A stretch of 64,000 bases of DNA from Polyangiaceae bacterium (lineage in GTDB: Bacteria; Myxococcota_A; Polyangia; Polyangiales; Polyangiaceae), in assembly GCA_044376115.1 (NCBI GenBank), contig JBILLK010000035.1, positions 32,001 through 96,000 on the forward strand. The letters run 5' to 3'. This document shows, piece after piece, positions 47,323-57,366 of this stretch. Made by a program: the position numbers and the translations under genes. Numbering within the stretch: position 1 is the stretch's first letter; each line of letters begins with the position of its first letter. Under the pieces are notes generated by a model, which was not told the DNA's origin, searched no databases, and worked only from the letters and a program-made list of their open reading frames with translations.

Positions 47323-47542
47323 GTCCCATAACGCTAGGTCGTCGGGAACGACGAGCGGATATGGGACGCTTGGCCGCCGCGGGGGTGGCGAGTTCTGCAC
47401 ACGTACCGCGGATAAGGGCGTTGTTAGCGGGTTTTCGCGCTGTGTCGGCGGGCGCAGCGGGCGGAGACCGCAGTCCTTGTCCCATAACGCTCGGTCGTCG
47501 GGAACGACGAGGGGATATGGGACGCTTGGTCGCCGCGGGGTG
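47323..47542. repeat. Two ~60-bp hairpin-forming direct repeats (REP-like)
   Basis: GTCCCATAACGCT.GGTCGTCGGGAACGACGAG.GGATATGGGACGCTTGG.CGCCGCGGGG at 47323 and 47479. Confidence 0.75.
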
Positions 47543-47759
47543 CATCCGGCCGCGGGGATGGCACTTGGCTCGCGTGTGACGACTTCCGTTCTCGTCTTTC
47601 TCCCGCGTGAACGTGAACGTGCCCGATTCTCTGATTCCGCAGGGGTGGGAATCGGTGGAGAGAGGGAGAAGAAGAGCGGGCACGTTCACGGGCACGGTCA
47701 CGGGCACGGAGAGAGCGAGAGGCAGAGCGGGTAGCGGCACCCCCTTCGGCCCCGCTCGC

Positions 47760-47795
47760 GTGTATCAGGTGTATCTCTGGGTACACCTGATACAC
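47760..47795. promoter_or_regulatory. 36-bp palindrome, copy 2
   Basis: GTGTATCAGGTGTATC-TCTG-GGTACACCTGATACAC, 12 bp before the kinase ATG. Confidence 0.65.
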
Positions 47796-47807
47796 CTGCT
47801 TGGAGAC

Positions 47808-48635
47808 ATGCTGGTCGCGGGTCGTTATCGGTTGGGGGTGCTACTGGGTCGGGGGCCTTTGGGCGAGGTCTTCGAGGCCGTCGATCAGCAGACCGGAGGG
47901 GCTGTGGCGGTGAAGCTGCTGGCGCCGGGCCACGGAGCTCGGCAGGTGAGTCGCTTCGTGCTGGAGGCGAGCACGCTGCAGGCGCTGCATTCGCCGCTGA
48001 TTGTCGAGGTGCTCGATGTGGGGGAGGAGCAAGGCCGTCCGTTCGTGGTGATGGAGCGGCTGCGAGGGGAGGATCTGCGTTCACGCTCGGCGCGCGGTCC
48101 GCTGCCGCTGCAGCAGATCGTCGAGATTGGCTGCTTGGTGGCGGAGGGGCTCGAGGTCGCTCACGCGGCGGGGGTGGTGCACCGGGATATCAAGCCGGCC
48201 AACATCTTCTTGCTCGAGCCGGGGCTTTCGCCTGCGGTGAAGCTGCTCGACTTCGGCAGCGCCAAGGTGATCGCTGGCTCGCTCGGCGCGCGGCCCGGCG
48301 AGCCCACCAAGCCGGGGGATCTCGTGGGCTCACCGCGTTACATGTCGCCCGAGCAAGCGCGCGGAAAGCCCAATATCGACGGGCGCAGCGACATCTTCTC
48401 GCTAGGCATGGTGCTGTACGAGCTCTTGGCCGCGCGGCACCCGTACGCCGACGCTACAGGCCTCGCGGATCTGATCATGGCCATCTGCACCGAACCACCG
48501 CTGCCGCTCGCGCTGGCCGCTCCCAACGTGCCGGCGAGCTTGGCGAAGGCGATCGACCGGGCGGTGGCGCATGATCCTCGGGCTCGTTTCGGCTCGGCAG
48601 CCGAGCTGCGCGCAGCTCTGCTTGTGGGCCCGTGA
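47808..48635 (+). CDS. Cytoplasmic Ser/Thr protein kinase
   Basis: GRGPLG, VAVK, HRDIKPAN, DFG and YMSPE; catalytic domain only; GGAG RBS. Confidence 0.9.
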   Translation: MLVAGRYRLGVLLGRGPLGEVFEAVDQQTGGAVAVKLLAPGHGARQVSRFVLEASTLQALHSPLIVEVLDVGEEQGRPFVVMERLRGEDLRSRSARGPLPLQQIVEIGCLVAEGLEVAHAAGVVHRDIKPANIFLLEPGLSPAVKLLDFGSAKVIAGSLGARPGEPTKPGDLVGSPRYMSPEQARGKPNIDGRSDIFSLGMVLYELLAARHPYADATGLADLIMAICTEPPLPLALAAPNVPASLAKAIDRAVAHDPRARFGSAAELRAALLVGP

Positions 48636-48657
48636 CGGGGCCGCTATCACGCTAACG

Positions 48658-50169
48658 ATGGAGCCGCTGAGCCGTACCTTCGATAAGGACGCGGATGACG
48701 AGGCCGCGGGGCCTCGCACTGAGCTGCTGCCATTTTTGTTCGTCGCGCTCGAATGCAGTCGGCCGCTCGCCGGCGGGATGCGGGTCGCGCTGGCCGAGCT
48801 GGACGAGATCACGGTGGGTCGCGGCAGCACGCGCAGCTTCGTGCGCACGGGTCGCTCGGCGCATCTTTCGCTGCCGGACAAGCTCGTAAGTGGAAAGCAC
48901 GCGCGCTTCGAACGCAAAGACGATCAGTGGTTCTTCGAGGACCTCGAGTCGCGCAACGGCTCGCGTTTGGACGGCGAGCTGCTCAGCCGGATCGAGCTGC
49001 CCGGGCGCGCGGTGCTCGAGCTCGGGGGGACCTTCCTGATCTTTCATGAGGCCCTTCCATGCCCTGTCGGCTGGCCCGGGGATCTCGAGCTCGGGTCACC
49101 GCGTGAGAGCGGGACCAGCACCTTGCTGCCGGCATACGAGAACTCGCTCAACAACCTCGAGCGCATCGCCGGCTCGACGTTGCCCATCCTGCTCTTGGGT
49201 GAGTCGGGGGCGGGCAAAGAGGTGCTGGCCAAAGCGGTGCACGCGGCCTCGGGGCGAACGGGCCAGCTTGTCGCGGTCAACTGTGGAGCGTTGCCGGCCT
49301 CGCTGGTCGAGGGTCAGCTCTTTGGCCACGCCAAAGGTGCTTTCTCCGGCGCACTGAAGGATGAGCCCGGGCTGATCCGCGCCTCGGATCGCGGCACGCT
49401 CTTCCTCGACGAGATCGGCGAATTGCCGCTGGCGGCGCAGGCCACGCTGCTACGGGTGTTGCAAGAGTGCGAGGTGCTCCCTGTCGGTGCGACCAAGCCT
49501 GTGCGCGTGGATCTGCGCGTGGTCGCGGCCACCCACAAGCGCATCGATCAGCTGCCCAACGTCTTTCGGCCCGACTTGTACGCGCGGCTCGCCGGCTTCT
49601 CGGTGCGGCTGTTACCGCTCCGTGCGCGTCGCGAGGATCTCGGCCTCTTGCTTTCGGCGCTGCTGCGCTCGCTCGCGCCAGACCGGGCTGCGCGGCTCAC
49701 GCTCTCTCCACCGCTCGGGCGTGCGCTGCTTGGTTATGTTTGGCCGCTCAACATCCGCGAGCTGGTGCAGGCGCTGAGCACCGCGCTGGTGCTGCTCCCC
49801 GAGCATGAGACGGTGCTCGACGTGATGCACGTCCCGCAGGCCTTGCGCCGCGTGGTACTACCCAACGACGCGCCGGAGAGCATCGCTGCGCTCACCGCGC
49901 CAGGTCCGCGCGCGCACCGCTCGGTGACCCCCGATACGCGCTCGACGCAGCCCGCGATCAGCTCGCCGGCGGAGGCTCGCCCAGGCTGGGGCAGCGCTAC
50001 GCGGCGCGGCGAGAACAACGACGCCCTGCGTGAAGAGCTCTTGCGTCAGCTGCGCACGCAGCGCGGCAACATCAGCGAGGTCGCCCGTTTGATGGGCCGC
50101 ACGCGCATGCAGATTCACCGCTGGATGAAGAAGTTCGGGATCGATCCGGAGACCTTCCGCGAGGGCTGA
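48658..50169 (+). CDS. FHA domain sigma54-dependent enhancer-binding protein
   Basis: FHA (VGR...VSGKHA...DLESRNGS), GESGAGKE, GAFSGA, LFLDEIGE and C-terminal Fis HTH. Confidence 0.92.
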   Translation: MEPLSRTFDKDADDEAAGPRTELLPFLFVALECSRPLAGGMRVALAELDEITVGRGSTRSFVRTGRSAHLSLPDKLVSGKHARFERKDDQWFFEDLESRNGSRLDGELLSRIELPGRAVLELGGTFLIFHEALPCPVGWPGDLELGSPRESGTSTLLPAYENSLNNLERIAGSTLPILLLGESGAGKEVLAKAVHAASGRTGQLVAVNCGALPASLVEGQLFGHAKGAFSGALKDEPGLIRASDRGTLFLDEIGELPLAAQATLLRVLQECEVLPVGATKPVRVDLRVVAATHKRIDQLPNVFRPDLYARLAGFSVRLLPLRARREDLGLLLSALLRSLAPDRAARLTLSPPLGRALLGYVWPLNIRELVQALSTALVLLPEHETVLDVMHVPQALRRVVLPNDAPESIAALTAPGPRAHRSVTPDTRSTQPAISSPAEARPGWGSATRRGENNDALREELLRQLRTQRGNISEVARLMGRTRMQIHRWMKKFGIDPETFREG

Positions 50170-50213
50170 GCTCAGGCGAAGCCGCTGGGTTCCGACGAAA
50201 CCGCGCTCGGATG

Positions 50214-52133
50214 TTAGCTGGCTTCGATCGGCAGTTCGAGCGTGCTCGCGTTCGCTCCGGTTGCGATGCCGAGGCGGGCGCCCGCGGGCGTGGTCTTCGC
50301 GAAGTGGTCGCTGTCGCCGAGCGTGATCACCAGGCGCAGGCGATGCCCAGCGGGAAGTCGGTGCGAGGTCGGGAGCAGGTTGAAACAAAGCTCGTGGGTC
50401 TCTCCGCGAACCAGCGGTCTGCCGTTGGCCCGCGCAAAATCACGCTCCACTCCAACGCCGGACACCTGCTGGATCGAGTCTCGGTGCAACGCGCGCAGAT
50501 GACCCTCGGTGATGTAGTGACAAGCGCCGTCCGCAGCGATGTCGAGCAAGTAGGCGATCACCACCAGATCCGGCTGGTCGCTGCGCACCGAGAGCTTCAC
50601 CACGGGGTGACCGGTGATGGTGGTTTCGGAGCGCAGCGGCTCGGTTTCGAAGTACGTACAGTTGGCGAAGCGAAGCGCGATGTCGGGGTAGTCGGCGGGG
50701 ACGAAGGCGGCCAAAACGCCGCGCCAACGGCTGCGATCGCCGGTGCCGAAGTTTTCGTCGTGCACGACCTCGACGTAGCGCGCCGTTGCGCCGCTTTGCG
50801 AGGGCAGGGCGGGCTCGAGTTTGCGTTGCGAGGTGAGCGTGAAGGATTGCGCGCGCACGTTCTCCGGCGGCCAACTGCGCGCCGTGCGCCACTGGCCTGC
50901 GCCCATGGTGAAGAAGCGGACGTTGGGCTCGTCGTGGGCGGCGCTGCCGGGTTTTAAGTGGCTATCGAAGAAGCGCAGCATGAGCGCTTCATGCGGGAAG
51001 GCGGCGGGCGCACCGAGGCCGCGGCCGGGGTGGGCGATCACGCCGGCGTGGCCCCACGGACCGAGCAGCAGGTGCGAGCCGGGCAGCGAGCGATGGCGAC
51101 GCGCAGCGGCCTGCGCGTAAGCGCCGTCGAAGAAGCCGCCGTAGCTGAAGACGGCCGTGCCCGAAGCGCGAATCGCCTCGAGGTGGCCGCGCGGGCTGAC
51201 CAGATCGAAGGCGCGTTCGGGTTGGCCTTCGCGCGAGTCGTCGCGATAGTCGACGCCGCTCACGAGGTCGTGCACGTCGCCGTTGCCGGCGTGGGTCGCG
51301 AGCGCGAGCTTGCGCAAGACGCCTTGTGGGTCCTCATCGACGCGGCGCCCACCGAGGAAGACGGTGCCGAACGCCATGCCGATCAGCTTGTTGGTGCGCG
51401 CAGGTCCGAGCGTGTCGAGCAGGCGATGCAAGCCTTTGGCGGCGATCCCGGGGCCTGCAGCCTGGCCCTTGGCGACGATGCCGACGAGCCCGGCCATGGC
51501 GTCGTGGAAACGATGCGCGTCGAGCAAGGCGTTGAAGCGCGACCAGCCTTCGGTGAACCACGCGAGCTGGGCGCCCCCGGGGAAGGCGACGTCTTCGTAA
51601 GCGCAGAGCAGCGAAAAGCGGGGCACGATCGCGCGCACGGCCGGGTGCTGACGGCTGACCAACATCTCGGCGGTGGTGCCTTCGTAAGAGATGCCGGTGG
51701 AGCCGATCAGGCCGTTCGACCAAGGCTGTTTGACAATGAAATCGGCGATCTCGACGCCATCACCGACCTCGGCCGGCGACCACGGGAGCGGCCAGGTGCC
51801 GAACGAAACGCCGGAGCCGCGCACGTCCACGTCGACCCAGGCGTAGCCGGCGGCGAGGAAGCGTTCGCGCGTCGGGGCGGAGATGTCGAAGGCGTCGCGC
51901 GCGGCCGCGAAGTCGAGCGAGCGCGGCAGTTCGACGCTGCGGAAGTAGCGGGTTTGCCGCAGGATCGTCGGAAGTTTCTGGCCTGCGCGGTAGGTCGAAG
52001 GCAGCGTCAGATCGACGGCGAGCTTGGTGCCGTCACGCATCGTGAGGTAGCGCGAGCGGCGCAGTCCTGCGTCACGCGGCAGCGGTCGAGAGAGCAGCGG
52101 ATCCCAAGGCGCATCGAGTGGTGATTGCTTCAC
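50214..52133 (-). CDS. CocE/NonD family hydrolase
   Basis: MRDGTKLAVD, DVRGSG.SFG, QPWSNG, GISYEG and GPWGH; start uncertain. Confidence 0.9.
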   Translation of the reverse strand: MKQSPLDAPWDPLLSRPLPRDAGLRRSRYLTMRDGTKLAVDLTLPSTYRAGQKLPTILRQTRYFRSVELPRSLDFAAARDAFDISAPTRERFLAAGYAWVDVDVRGSGVSFGTWPLPWSPAEVGDGVEIADFIVKQPWSNGLIGSTGISYEGTTAEMLVSRQHPAVRAIVPRFSLLCAYEDVAFPGGAQLAWFTEGWSRFNALLDAHRFHDAMAGLVGIVAKGQAAGPGIAAKGLHRLLDTLGPARTNKLIGMAFGTVFLGGRRVDEDPQGVLRKLALATHAGNGDVHDLVSGVDYRDDSREGQPERAFDLVSPRGHLEAIRASGTAVFSYGGFFDGAYAQAAARRHRSLPGSHLLLGPWGHAGVIAHPGRGLGAPAAFPHEALMLRFFDSHLKPGSAAHDEPNVRFFTMGAGQWRTARSWPPENVRAQSFTLTSQRKLEPALPSQSGATARYVEVVHDENFGTGDRSRWRGVLAAFVPADYPDIALRFANCTYFETEPLRSETTITGHPVVKLSVRSDQPDLVVIAYLLDIAADGACHYITEGHLRALHRDSIQQVSGVGVERDFARANGRPLVRGETHELCFNLLPTSHRLPAGHRLRLVITLGDSDHFAKTTPAGARLGIATGANASTLELPIEAS

Positions 52134-52333
52134 AACGGTCTGTTCCTTACAGGGCCTGCTGCTCGGCGTCGCCCACTGAGCCGTCCTGCGTTGGCTGAGC
52201 GTCAAGACAACTTCCCGACGCGAGCCTCTAGCGGAGTGTTGACTTCTTGCGGGTTTCGCCTAGGGTCCGCCACCCGAAAACGCCTGTCGACCTTCTGAGC
52301 GGGGGATTTTGCGTCAGGTATCAAGGAGACACG

Positions 52334-52924
52334 ATGCGCATCTCGATGACTTTGTCGCTATTCATTGCTTCCGGCCTCGCACTTGCGGCGGCCTGCAGCA
52401 GCCCCTCGACCCAGGTCAACGAGCCTGTGGCCACGGCTTCCGCCTCTGCGGACATGGCCGAGCCCGAGGCGACGGCCGTTCCCACGGCAGCAGAAACGGC
52501 TGTTCCCACGGCTACGGCCGCAACCATCCCCACCGCAGTTCCCACGGCCACGGCCTCTGCTACGCCGCCGCCGAAGAAGAAGACCTGGGCTGACTTCAAT
52601 CACGACGAGAAGCTCGCGTTCATGAAGTCCGAGGTCACGCCCAAGATGGCGAAGACCTGGGGAGACTTCGACAAGAAGTACGCCAAGCTGGATTGCGCGA
52701 CCTGCCACGGCAGCGCTGCCAAGAAGGGCAACTTCAAGATGCCGAATGCTGAGCTGCCTAAGCTCGATCACAAAGACGGCTTCAAGGCTCACAAGGGCAA
52801 GCAGAAGGTCCTCGATTTCATGTTCAAGATGACCCCGGAGCTCGCCGGCATCCTGCAACTGCCCCCGTTTGATCCGGCCACCGGCCAGGGCTTCGGTTGC
52901 GGCGGCTGCCACGTCATGAAGTGA
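52334..52924 (+). CDS. Di-heme c-type cytochrome lipoprotein
   Basis: AAAC lipobox, Ala/Thr/Pro linker, CATCH and CGGCH motifs. Confidence 0.8.
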   Translation: MRISMTLSLFIASGLALAAACSSPSTQVNEPVATASASADMAEPEATAVPTAAETAVPTATAATIPTAVPTATASATPPPKKKTWADFNHDEKLAFMKSEVTPKMAKTWGDFDKKYAKLDCATCHGSAAKKGNFKMPNAELPKLDHKDGFKAHKGKQKVLDFMFKMTPELAGILQLPPFDPATGQGFGCGGCHVMK

Positions 52925-52971
52925 TGATCGGTTGATTCGCCTTCCTTTCGTGGGAGGGCGAGCTGTTCAAG

Positions 52972-52995
52972 AAGGCGAGGTTTCCTCGCCTTTTT
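52972..52995 (+). terminator. Rho-independent terminator
   Basis: AAGGCGAGG-TTT-CCTCGCCTT followed by a T-run, downstream of the cytochrome gene. Confidence 0.7.
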
Positions 52996-53039
52996 GGCTT
53001 TTGTTGTCCGTTTAGGAGGGCGCGTGCGATGGACCCGCC

Positions 53040-54893
53040 ATGGCCCCAGGCCACCGCTCCCGTCTTCCTTTGGCGATCTGGTTCGCCCTGCTGTTCGCTT
53101 GGCTCTTGCCGCGTGAGGCGTTGGCGTGGGTGGATTTGACCGTTGCTCGCGATGATCTGCGGGTCACCGTTCACACCACTGGCCAAGCCACGGTGGAGCA
53201 CTCGGTGTTGCTCTTGGTCGCTGGCGGCCCGCTTACCGAGCTGACCATCAGCGGCGTCGACGCCGACGCCGAGGTGCTCGAGGGCGCGCATCTGCTGAAG
53301 GAGAACGCGCAGGCAGGCGAAGAGCCGCTGCCAGTGACCGCGCGTCGCGTGGAGACGAAGGACGGCCTGAGCCAGCTGCAGCTCAGCCTCGACGGTGGAC
53401 GCGGGGTGCGTCGCGGTCGGTATTGGGTCCACGTCCGCTACAACACCGACTTGCGTAAGAGCGGCGCGCTTCGAATGGCAAAGCCGCACGCGATCCTCGA
53501 GTGGCAAGGCCCTGTTTGGGACTACGGGCTGGAGACCACCAAGGCGAGCTTCGTGCTCCCGATCTCGCGCAACCAACCGACGATCTGGGAAGGCGCTGGT
53601 GAAGACGCCGCGGGCACCTTCATTCCGTCGCTCACGACGCAGAACCAGACCTTCGAATTGACGCTGACGCGGCCGTACGCTGCGCGCGGTGAGCGGGTGA
53701 CCTGGCCGGTCTCCTTCGACGCTCGCACGTTGGTCGGCGAGACCGCCGCCGATGAACCTGCAGCGCGGCCGGTCCAGGTGCAGGCGCCGCGCACGAAGGG
53801 GCTTTCGAGCGAGGTGCGCCGCGGCATCGCCGTCGGTTGCGGTGTCGCCTTCATGTTGGTGTTCGCCTTGGTGTGGGCGCACGGGCGCGAGGCCGCTTGG
53901 CGCGCGAAAGAGCGCGACGAGAGCGCGCGTCCGCTGTTGCCGCTACCGACGCCGCTGCGAGCGTTCGTCGCCGGCGTTTTGTTCGCGGGCGGAGGCTGGC
54001 TGACCTTCGCCGAGGGCAGCGGGACCATCGGGGCTCTACTCATCGCCGCCACCAGCCTTTTCATCTTCCACCGCGCAGCGCGCTCGCAGCGCTCGTTACG
54101 CAAGCCTGGTGCGTGGCTGTTCGTCCGCAAAGAAGAGGCCTTCTTGCAGCCGAAAGACAAGCCCACCGAGTTCTTCGATTGGCGTCATCGCGCAGGCAAG
54201 TTGCTGTTCTTGGGACTCGTGTTGATGTTCGGCGCGGCGACCGCGTTGGCATCGCGCCTTTCGCTCGAGCTCTCGACCATGACCATGCTTTCGATCGGAC
54301 CGCTGTTGCTCTTGTTCGGCACCGGAACGAGCGCTTCGCTGCGGCCGGATCTGGCCGTGGATCCCGTCGAGCTGCTCGCGAAGGTCGTAGGTATGGTCGA
54401 GTCGGCCAAGCAAGGCGTGCGCATCGCGCCGCGGGTGCGCATCCCGCAGGGCAGCGCTGACGCCGATGAGCTGCGTGTCACCTTCCTGCCCGAGACGCCG
54501 ATGAAGGGGCTGCGCGGCGTCGAGATCGCGAGCGAGACGGCGATGGCGGGCTGGGGCTCGCTGCTGCTCCCGGTGGTGCTGGTTCGCTTCGAGCAAGGCT
54601 CTGCCTGCGAGAGCAGCGTGCTTCGCTTGGCGAAGGGCGCCCGGCCCACCGCAGGCCGCAAACCGACCGAGCGGGTGGTCGTGCTTTCGCCCAAACTCCC
54701 GACGGCGCGCGTTACCGCCGACCTGGTGTTGGCGCTGCTCGCGAGCCTCAGCGAGAAGGTCCGCCCGAGCGCACCGGCGGGCGAGCCGGAGGCGGCCGCG
54801 CCTAGCAAACGTCGGGCGCCGGTGCGCAGCGGCGCCAAGCCGAGCGCAGCCGCGAGCGGCGAAGCTCAGCCGGGGACGGCGCGTCGCGCCTGA
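53040..54893 (+). CDS. Hypothetical membrane protein
   Basis: Signal peptide, extracytoplasmic domain and several TM helices. Confidence 0.7.
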   Translation: MAPGHRSRLPLAIWFALLFAWLLPREALAWVDLTVARDDLRVTVHTTGQATVEHSVLLLVAGGPLTELTISGVDADAEVLEGAHLLKENAQAGEEPLPVTARRVETKDGLSQLQLSLDGGRGVRRGRYWVHVRYNTDLRKSGALRMAKPHAILEWQGPVWDYGLETTKASFVLPISRNQPTIWEGAGEDAAGTFIPSLTTQNQTFELTLTRPYAARGERVTWPVSFDARTLVGETAADEPAARPVQVQAPRTKGLSSEVRRGIAVGCGVAFMLVFALVWAHGREAAWRAKERDESARPLLPLPTPLRAFVAGVLFAGGGWLTFAEGSGTIGALLIAATSLFIFHRAARSQRSLRKPGAWLFVRKEEAFLQPKDKPTEFFDWRHRAGKLLFLGLVLMFGAATALASRLSLELSTMTMLSIGPLLLLFGTGTSASLRPDLAVDPVELLAKVVGMVESAKQGVRIAPRVRIPQGSADADELRVTFLPETPMKGLRGVEIASETAMAGWGSLLLPVVLVRFEQGSACESSVLRLAKGARPTAGRKPTERVVVLSPKLPTARVTADLVLALLASLSEKVRPSAPAGEPEAAAPSKRRAPVRSGAKPSAAASGEAQPGTARRA

Positions 54894-56386
54894 TCCCGCG
54901 GGCGCCAATCCGCGACTTCATCGCGCGGGGTGACCGGCCCGTCGAAGGTCAGCTTGAAGGCCGCGTCGAGATCGGTCGAGCCTTCGGTGCGGACGTAGAT
55001 CACCTTGCGCGCCATCGGCGCGAAGAACATGCGGAAGGGGAAGAAGTTCTTCACCACCACGATGTCCGGCTTCCACACCGAGAGCCCGAGCTCGGTATAG
55101 AACGAGGGCTTCAGCGCGAGTGAATGGCCCTGCGTGATCACGACCTTCACGTGACCGAGATCGAGCACCAGCATGCGGCCGAGAGCCGGGTGCATGCGTT
55201 TGGCGATCACCTTGCCTTCACAGCTGAAGCTCGGCTCGCGTCGATCGATCTTGCCACCGAGCGTCACCGCCGCGAACTCACCCTCGGCGACCTTCCAGAG
55301 GGCCTCCGACACCGCGGCATCGCGGATCGGCACCAAGCTCACGAGGTCGCGTGCTTGTTCGTAAAGGGCGCGCAAAAGCCGCGTGTTTTCACCGGCTGCA
55401 CCGGCCGAGACCACGTCGGAAGCATCGGACAGCACCACCACTCCGAGCTTGCGTGCGAGCGTCGCAGCGCGCGCTTCTTCGATCGCTTGCTCTGGGCTGC
55501 TGAAGGTCGGCGGCATCTCTTTGCGCACCGACCACAACAGCTCGGCTAGCTCATCGGCCCAGCTCTCCGCCTGCGCGCGGTCTCCGCGTGTGCTCACCAG
55601 CGAGCTGAAGCCGAGGCGAGGTTCGTCGTTCCAAGGGTGGCACATCATGATCGAGGCGGTCATCGTCCGTGGGTCGCGCACGATGCTCTCGAGCCGGCGG
55701 AAGATGCTGCGCATCGGCTGGAGGAAGTCCACGGTGTTGCCACCGCCGAGGATCATCGGTAGCGAGCGCCAGGCGGTCTCCGGACGAGCGCCTTCACGCA
55801 GGATGGCCAGCAGCCCTCGGGCTGCTTCGCGGCCGCTGCGGCGGTGATCGCGATGGGGGTTGGTGCGATAACCCACCAGCAGATCCGCCGTGCGCACGCG
55901 CTCTTCGGTCAAGGCGGCGTGCAGATCATGGGTCACCGTGACCGGCGCTTGCGCCGCGGCTTTGACGGCGCGCAGCACCGCGGTATCGGCGTCGGCTAGC
56001 GATTGCACGCCCATCGCTCCGTGCAGCGAGAGCACCACGCCGTCCACCTTGCCGGCGCGCGCGAGATCCTCGGTCAGCCGGCCGAGCAGGGTATCGAAAC
56101 AATCGCGCGTGAGCGGCCCGGCCGGGATCGTCCAGGCCGAGAGCAGCGGGACGATCTCGACGTTGCCATCGGCGCGCAGCGCATCCACCGCGCCGGTGAG
56201 CTCGCCGTTGCGCAGGTAGCCTGGGAGCTCGTTGCCGAGCGGCCCGCACACGTCGAGCAGCGCCTGGCCCTCGAGGTAGTGCGTCGCGCGAAAGTCACTG
56301 ATGGTGGTCGCTAGTTGCGAGAAGCAGTTCGACTCCTGCGCGATACGGCCGATCGCGATTCGAAGCCGAGAGGTGGAGCGCGCCAT
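54866..56386 (-). CDS. M81 family metallopeptidase (MlrC-like)
   Basis: QESNCFS, LSLHGAM, DLHA, YRTNPHRD motifs. Confidence 0.9.
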   Translation of the reverse strand: MARSTSRLRIAIGRIAQESNCFSQLATTISDFRATHYLEGQALLDVCGPLGNELPGYLRNGELTGAVDALRADGNVEIVPLLSAWTIPAGPLTRDCFDTLLGRLTEDLARAGKVDGVVLSLHGAMGVQSLADADTAVLRAVKAAAQAPVTVTHDLHAALTEERVRTADLLVGYRTNPHRDHRRSGREAARGLLAILREGARPETAWRSLPMILGGGNTVDFLQPMRSIFRRLESIVRDPRTMTASIMMCHPWNDEPRLGFSSLVSTRGDRAQAESWADELAELLWSVRKEMPPTFSSPEQAIEEARAATLARKLGVVVLSDASDVVSAGAAGENTRLLRALYEQARDLVSLVPIRDAAVSEALWKVAEGEFAAVTLGGKIDRREPSFSCEGKVIAKRMHPALGRMLVLDLGHVKVVITQGHSLALKPSFYTELGLSVWKPDIVVVKNFFPFRMFFAPMARKVIYVRTEGSTDLDAAFKLTFDGPVTPRDEVADWRPRDQARRAVPG

Positions 56387-56520
56387 GCGCAAGGCCTACA
56401 CGACAGCGCTCGGCCGCTCAAGCCGCAGCCTCATTGGGCTTACGCGCGGGCTTCTTTGGGTTCCGGTTCGCGGCGCCTGGGATTCGGGTATGTTGTGCAC
56501 CGCCCAACAAGGAGCAGCAC

Positions 56521-57366
56521 GTGTCCCTCTTCGTCAGCCGAGAAGTCGAGAACCGGATTGAAGCGCTCGAGATCCCCTGGGGTCCGTACGGCGTGGATCC
56601 GTACGGCGTGTCCAAGAAGTTCTTGGCGCAGGCCTTCGGCATGGCCGAGCCTATTTACCGGCACTACTTCAACGTGAAGGTGCATGGGCAGCACAACGTC
56701 CCGGCGCGCGGTCGGGGCATGTTGGTCGGTAACCACTCCGGCGGTATCGCCATCGACGGGATGATGGTGGTCGCCTCGATGTTCTTCGCCAAAGACCCGC
56801 CGCGCTTGGCGCAGGGCATGGTGGAGAAGTTCATGAACCGGCTTCCGTTCGCCTCGCTGCTCACCTCGCGTTGCGGTCAGTTCGTTGGTCTGCCCGAACA
56901 TGCAGTGCGGCTGCTCGAGGATGATCGGCTGTTGATGGTGTTCCCCGAGGGCGCTCGCGGTACCGCCAAGTTGTACAAAGACCGCTACAGCCTCGTGCGC
57001 TTCGGCACCGGCTTCGTCCGATTGGCGATGCGCACGCGTACGCCGATCGTGCCGTTCGCCTTCCTCGGTGGCGGAGCGGCCATCCCCACCGTCTACAATG
57101 CGGTCGCGCTGGGCAAGCTGATGGGCGCGCCCTACGTTCCGGTCACCCCCTACGGTTTGCCGATCCCGCTGCCGGTGCGGCTCGAGGTGGAATACGGCGA
57201 GCCGCTGATGTTCCACGGGACCGGCGCTGAGTCCGACTCGATCGTCGAGGGCTACGTAGAAGAAGTGCGCACCAAGATCGGCGAGATGATCGAGAGCGGT
57301 CGTCGGCGCCGCGAGAACTTTGCCGAACAGACGCTGCGCCAACTTCGAACCGGGAGTTCATCGTGA
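56521..57366 (+). CDS. Lysophospholipid/glycerol acyltransferase (PlsC-like)
   Basis: NHSGGIAID (HX4-5D) and VFPEG motifs; AAGGAG RBS before GTG. Confidence 0.88.
   Translation: MSLFVSREVENRIEALEIPWGPYGVDPYGVSKKFLAQAFGMAEPIYRHYFNVKVHGQHNVPARGRGMLVGNHSGGIAIDGMMVVASMFFAKDPPRLAQGMVEKFMNRLPFASLLTSRCGQFVGLPEHAVRLLEDDRLLMVFPEGARGTAKLYKDRYSLVRFGTGFVRLAMRTRTPIVPFAFLGGGAAIPTVYNAVALGKLMGAPYVPVTPYGLPIPLPVRLEVEYGEPLMFHGTGAESDSIVEGYVEEVRTKIGEMIESGRRRRENFAEQTLRQLRTGSSS

Noticed and set aside
47323..47542. Integron attC sites (CCATAAC...GATATGG)
   Set aside because: Too short (~40 bp between cores), lacks the GTT core, and no integrase is present.
47559..47573. Sigma54 motif TGGCACTTGGCTCGC
   Set aside because: Spacing fits, but the -12 element is weak and it lies about 235 bp from the kinase start among repeats.
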